DNA of 64,000 nt from Myxococcales bacterium (GTDB lineage: Bacteria > Myxococcota > Kuafuiibacteriia > Kuafuiibacteriales > Kuafuiibacteriaceae): NCBI GenBank assembly GCA_019634385.1, contig JAHQVK010000170.1, positions 3,040 through 67,039 of the forward strand, in the 5' to 3' direction. The translations under genes and the position numbers were made by a program. The stretch's first letter is position 1; each line of letters opens with the position of its first letter. The notes beneath the pieces were generated by a model that searched no databases, was not told where the DNA came from, and worked only from the letters and a program-made list of their open reading frames with translations. Positions 60,449 through 64,000 of this stretch are shown here, piece after piece.

Positions 60449-62317
60449 TTGAATGAAACAAAAGGCTTTATGGCTTCAAATGCTCTACCCTTGACCAGCA
60501 CTACTATGGTTGACCGAGCGCTCCCCGGTTGGGCGAAAGAAATCCGTTCTACGTACCTTAGGGGGGAAGCATCCGTATTTTTACTGCACGGTAACGTCTT
60601 TGATCTCATTCCTCACTCCGGTGACCTGCTCCGCATGGTCGAGTTTTTGAGCAATGTGCTCCTGCGGAGGAAGGTAATTATCTGTCATGTGAATGCATCT
60701 AGCCGAGTAAAGACCCTCCGTAGAGAGCCGGGAGCACCCCACGTGGACGCGCTGGACTCAGCAACGGATATGCTGAGTGCTCTATCCTCTCTGCAACGGA
60801 CGCTCCGAGTCGCCGATGGGGTGGGACTGATCATCGACTATGCGGAGATGCTGATGCCCGCCGGTGATTTAAGTCTACTTAGCGAAGGGGATCGAAGGGC
60901 GATTGTGACGGTTCATCAGTGGAGCCTCGATCGTCGGCTCGAGAACTCAGACAATGTCGTTTTGCTCATATCCCAAAATCCATCGAGTATGTCGCATCAT
61001 ATTCTTTCCAACCCCCGGGTACAGTTGGTGGAGGTACCTCTTCCGGACAAGGACGAGCGTTCATTACTTATCCAGCAGCTGGAGCCAGATGCGAGTGCTC
61101 GGGAAGTAGAGAGGCTTGCGCATCACTCAGCCGGACTCAAGAATATTCAAATTCGGGGCATTTTGACTCCAGGAGAGGATTCAGAGGGTGATTTTGCGTC
61201 TCGTTATGAGTTGATTCGAGAGGTGCTAGGAGCTCCGACAGAGATGACCAAGCGGGCGAGCAAGCTCGCTCGCATGACTTCAGGAATGAGCCGTCATCAA
61301 GTGTTGAATTATCTCAACGCTGAAGGAAACAATACCACCCGCCAAGAACAAGAGACGGATCGCTATGACGAGGTACTGTCTCTTCTTGTCCAACGAAAAA
61401 AAGAAATTCTGCAGAAAGAAACGTTTGGTTTGGTGGAGTTTGTCTCTCCGGCCCATGATTTCTCCGCAGTTGGGGGGATGGATGCGATCAAGCGAGAGTT
61501 GATGGAGATCGCCCATAACATCCGGGAAGGACAACATCATAGAGTGCCGATGGGCCTATTGTTTACTGGGCCGATGGGTACCGGGAAGACTTTTGTGGCG
61601 GAAGCGTTTGCAAAAAGCTCGGGGCTAACTGCGATCAAGCTCAAGAACTTTCGGAGCAAGTGGGTCGGTTCAACTGAGGCCAACTTAGATAAAATCTTGA
61701 GCGTCGTGAAAGCGATCGGCAATGTGTTGATTATCATTGACGAAGGTGATCGCGTGTTTGGTTCCGCATCTACGGACCATGACGGAGGTGCTTCCAGCCG
61801 AGTGATCGCTCGGATGAAGGAGTTCATGAGTGATACCAACAATCGTGGCCGGGTGTTATTTATATTGATGACAAATCGTTCGGACAAGTTAGATGCGGAT
61901 ATTAAACGAGCCGGTCGTTTAGATCGGAAACTACCTTTCTTTTATGCAGCAATACCAGAGGAGGTGGAGCCGATACTCCTCGCGCAGCTACGTCGTCATC
62001 AAGTGCAACACCAGATCCATTTTCCTGCGGACCGAGAGCGGATTTCACAGCGTTTAGTGGGGTATTCCAATGCAGAGGTGGAAGCGGTGGTCCTTGAAGC
62101 AGGGCGTCTGGCGGACAAGGATCAAGTGAGCACCAAACATATGGAAGAAGCTTTGGATGATTACTTACCCTCGCGAGAGGGGGCGTTGATGGAGTATATG
62201 GAGCTTCTGGCTGTGGCTGAGAGTACCAGTCGCCGGCTGTTGCCGAAGCGCTTTCAGGAGCTAACTGTAACCGCGCTTCAGAGCCGTCTTCGGGAGCTTC
62301 GACAGCAGATAGCGTAG
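60449..62317 (+). CDS. AAA+ ATPase (degenerate N-terminal module plus active C-terminal module)
   Basis: [15 protein letters not shown] and [18 protein letters not shown] motifs; start may be ATG 60470. Confidence 0.88.
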   Translation: MNETKGFMASNALPLTSTTMVDRALPGWAKEIRSTYLRGEASVFLLHGNVFDLIPHSGDLLRMVEFLSNVLLRRKVIICHVNASSRVKTLRREPGAPHVDALDSATDMLSALSSLQRTLRVADGVGLIIDYAEMLMPAGDLSLLSEGDRRAIVTVHQWSLDRRLENSDNVVLLISQNPSSMSHHILSNPRVQLVEVPLPDKDERSLLIQQLEPDASAREVERLAHHSAGLKNIQIRGILTPGEDSEGDFASRYELIREVLGAPTEMTKRASKLARMTSGMSRHQVLNYLNAEGNNTTRQEQETDRYDEVLSLLVQRKKEILQKETFGLVEFVSPAHDFSAVGGMDAIKRELMEIAHNIREGQHHRVPMGLLFTGPMGTGKTFVAEAFAKSSGLTAIKLKNFRSKWVGSTEANLDKILSVVKAIGNVLIIIDEGDRVFGSASTDHDGGASSRVIARMKEFMSDTNNRGRVLFILMTNRSDKLDADIKRAGRLDRKLPFFYAAIPEEVEPILLAQLRRHQVQHQIHFPADRERISQRLVGYSNAEVEAVVLEAGRLADKDQVSTKHMEEALDDYLPSREGALMEYMELLAVAESTSRRLLPKRFQELTVTALQSRLRELRQQIA

Positions 62318-62356
62318 GGATCTAGCAGGCATAGTACCCCGGTAAATGGTTGACCC

Positions 62357-62936
62357 TTGAGCATAAACCGTAGGAACAGAGCAGTGGTGTCGGATCTCAC
62401 CGACGAGCATTTGATGATCGCTCACATTGCTGGCGACAAGAAGGCCTTTTCGGAGCTCGTCAGGCGGTACGGTCCAATTTTGTCAGGAATGGCGCGGAGG
62501 CAGGTGCGCTTACCAGAGCTTGCCCGAGATATAGTTCAGCAGACCTTTCTTCAGGTTCATCGAGCTCGTAATGACTTTAGGGTTGGGGCTCAACTAAAGC
62601 CTTGGGTACTGACCATTGCCACCAATCTGATACGTGAGCATTTCAGGCGGACAAAGCGGCGTCCCGAAACGTCCTATGAGGCTCTAAACGCAGAATATCC
62701 TTCCGTTGAACCGATGGTTGAGCCCGTAGATTTTGCAGGTATCCAATCGCGGGCTCTCGAAGTCCAGCGGTTGAATGACGCGTTAGTCAAGTTGCCCGAG
62801 AGTCAGCGCTTGGTGATCGAGCTCCACTGGATCCAGGGGTATCCCTTCGCTGAAGTAGCACAAATGGTTGGCGCGAGTGTTTCGGCCGTCAAAGTTCGAG
62901 CTCATCGGGGATACCGGAAACTCCGAACCTTGATCG

Positions 62937-62956
<20 letters not shown>
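62357..62956 (+). CDS. ECF RNA polymerase sigma factor
   Basis: GDKKAFSEL, DIVQQTF, WVLTIATN region 2; LPESQR...VKVRAHRG region 4. Confidence 0.92.

Positions 62957-64000
<1,044 letters not shown>

Noticed and set aside
60055-60452. ORFs 60055-60333, 60105-60374 and 60240-60452
   Set aside because: They are translations of the two tRNA-Ser genes

Overview
Mostly chromosomal housekeeping DNA from a moderately GC-rich bacterium. The gene content points to Myxococcota or another deltaproteobacterial lineage (inferred from an FHA-sigma54 regulator, a PilZ-like-Hsp70 fusion, a Ser/Thr kinase and a receiver/J-like protein). It holds about 57 genes, including coaBC, udg, uppP, a KamA-type radical SAM enzyme, a HelD-like helicase, argG, pyrG, kdsC, lexA, prc, a 2-oxoacid dehydrogenase E1 pair, phhA, guaA, def-fmt, hflX, gpsA, phoH2, an ECF sigma/anti-sigma pair and the start of lpdA, plus two tRNA-Ser genes. 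I found no CRISPR array, prophage or transposase. The intergenic DNA carries several families of non-autonomous MITE-like elements. The main family is about 190 bp, appears as 9 copies or fragments, and has a conserved branched internal fold. Several element ends sit exactly on CTAG stop codons. The most notable observations are: (1) a protein with all the hallmark motifs of eukaryotic type I protein-arginine methyltransferases, directly behind lexA; (2) a divergent pair of PilZ-like fusions, one a membrane-anchored Uma2 nuclease fold and one a lidless Hsp70; (3) fmt apparently starting at a non-canonical CTG coupled to the def stop codon; (4) several full-length proteins that have lost catalytic motifs. 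All family calls come from reading motifs by eye; no database search was run.
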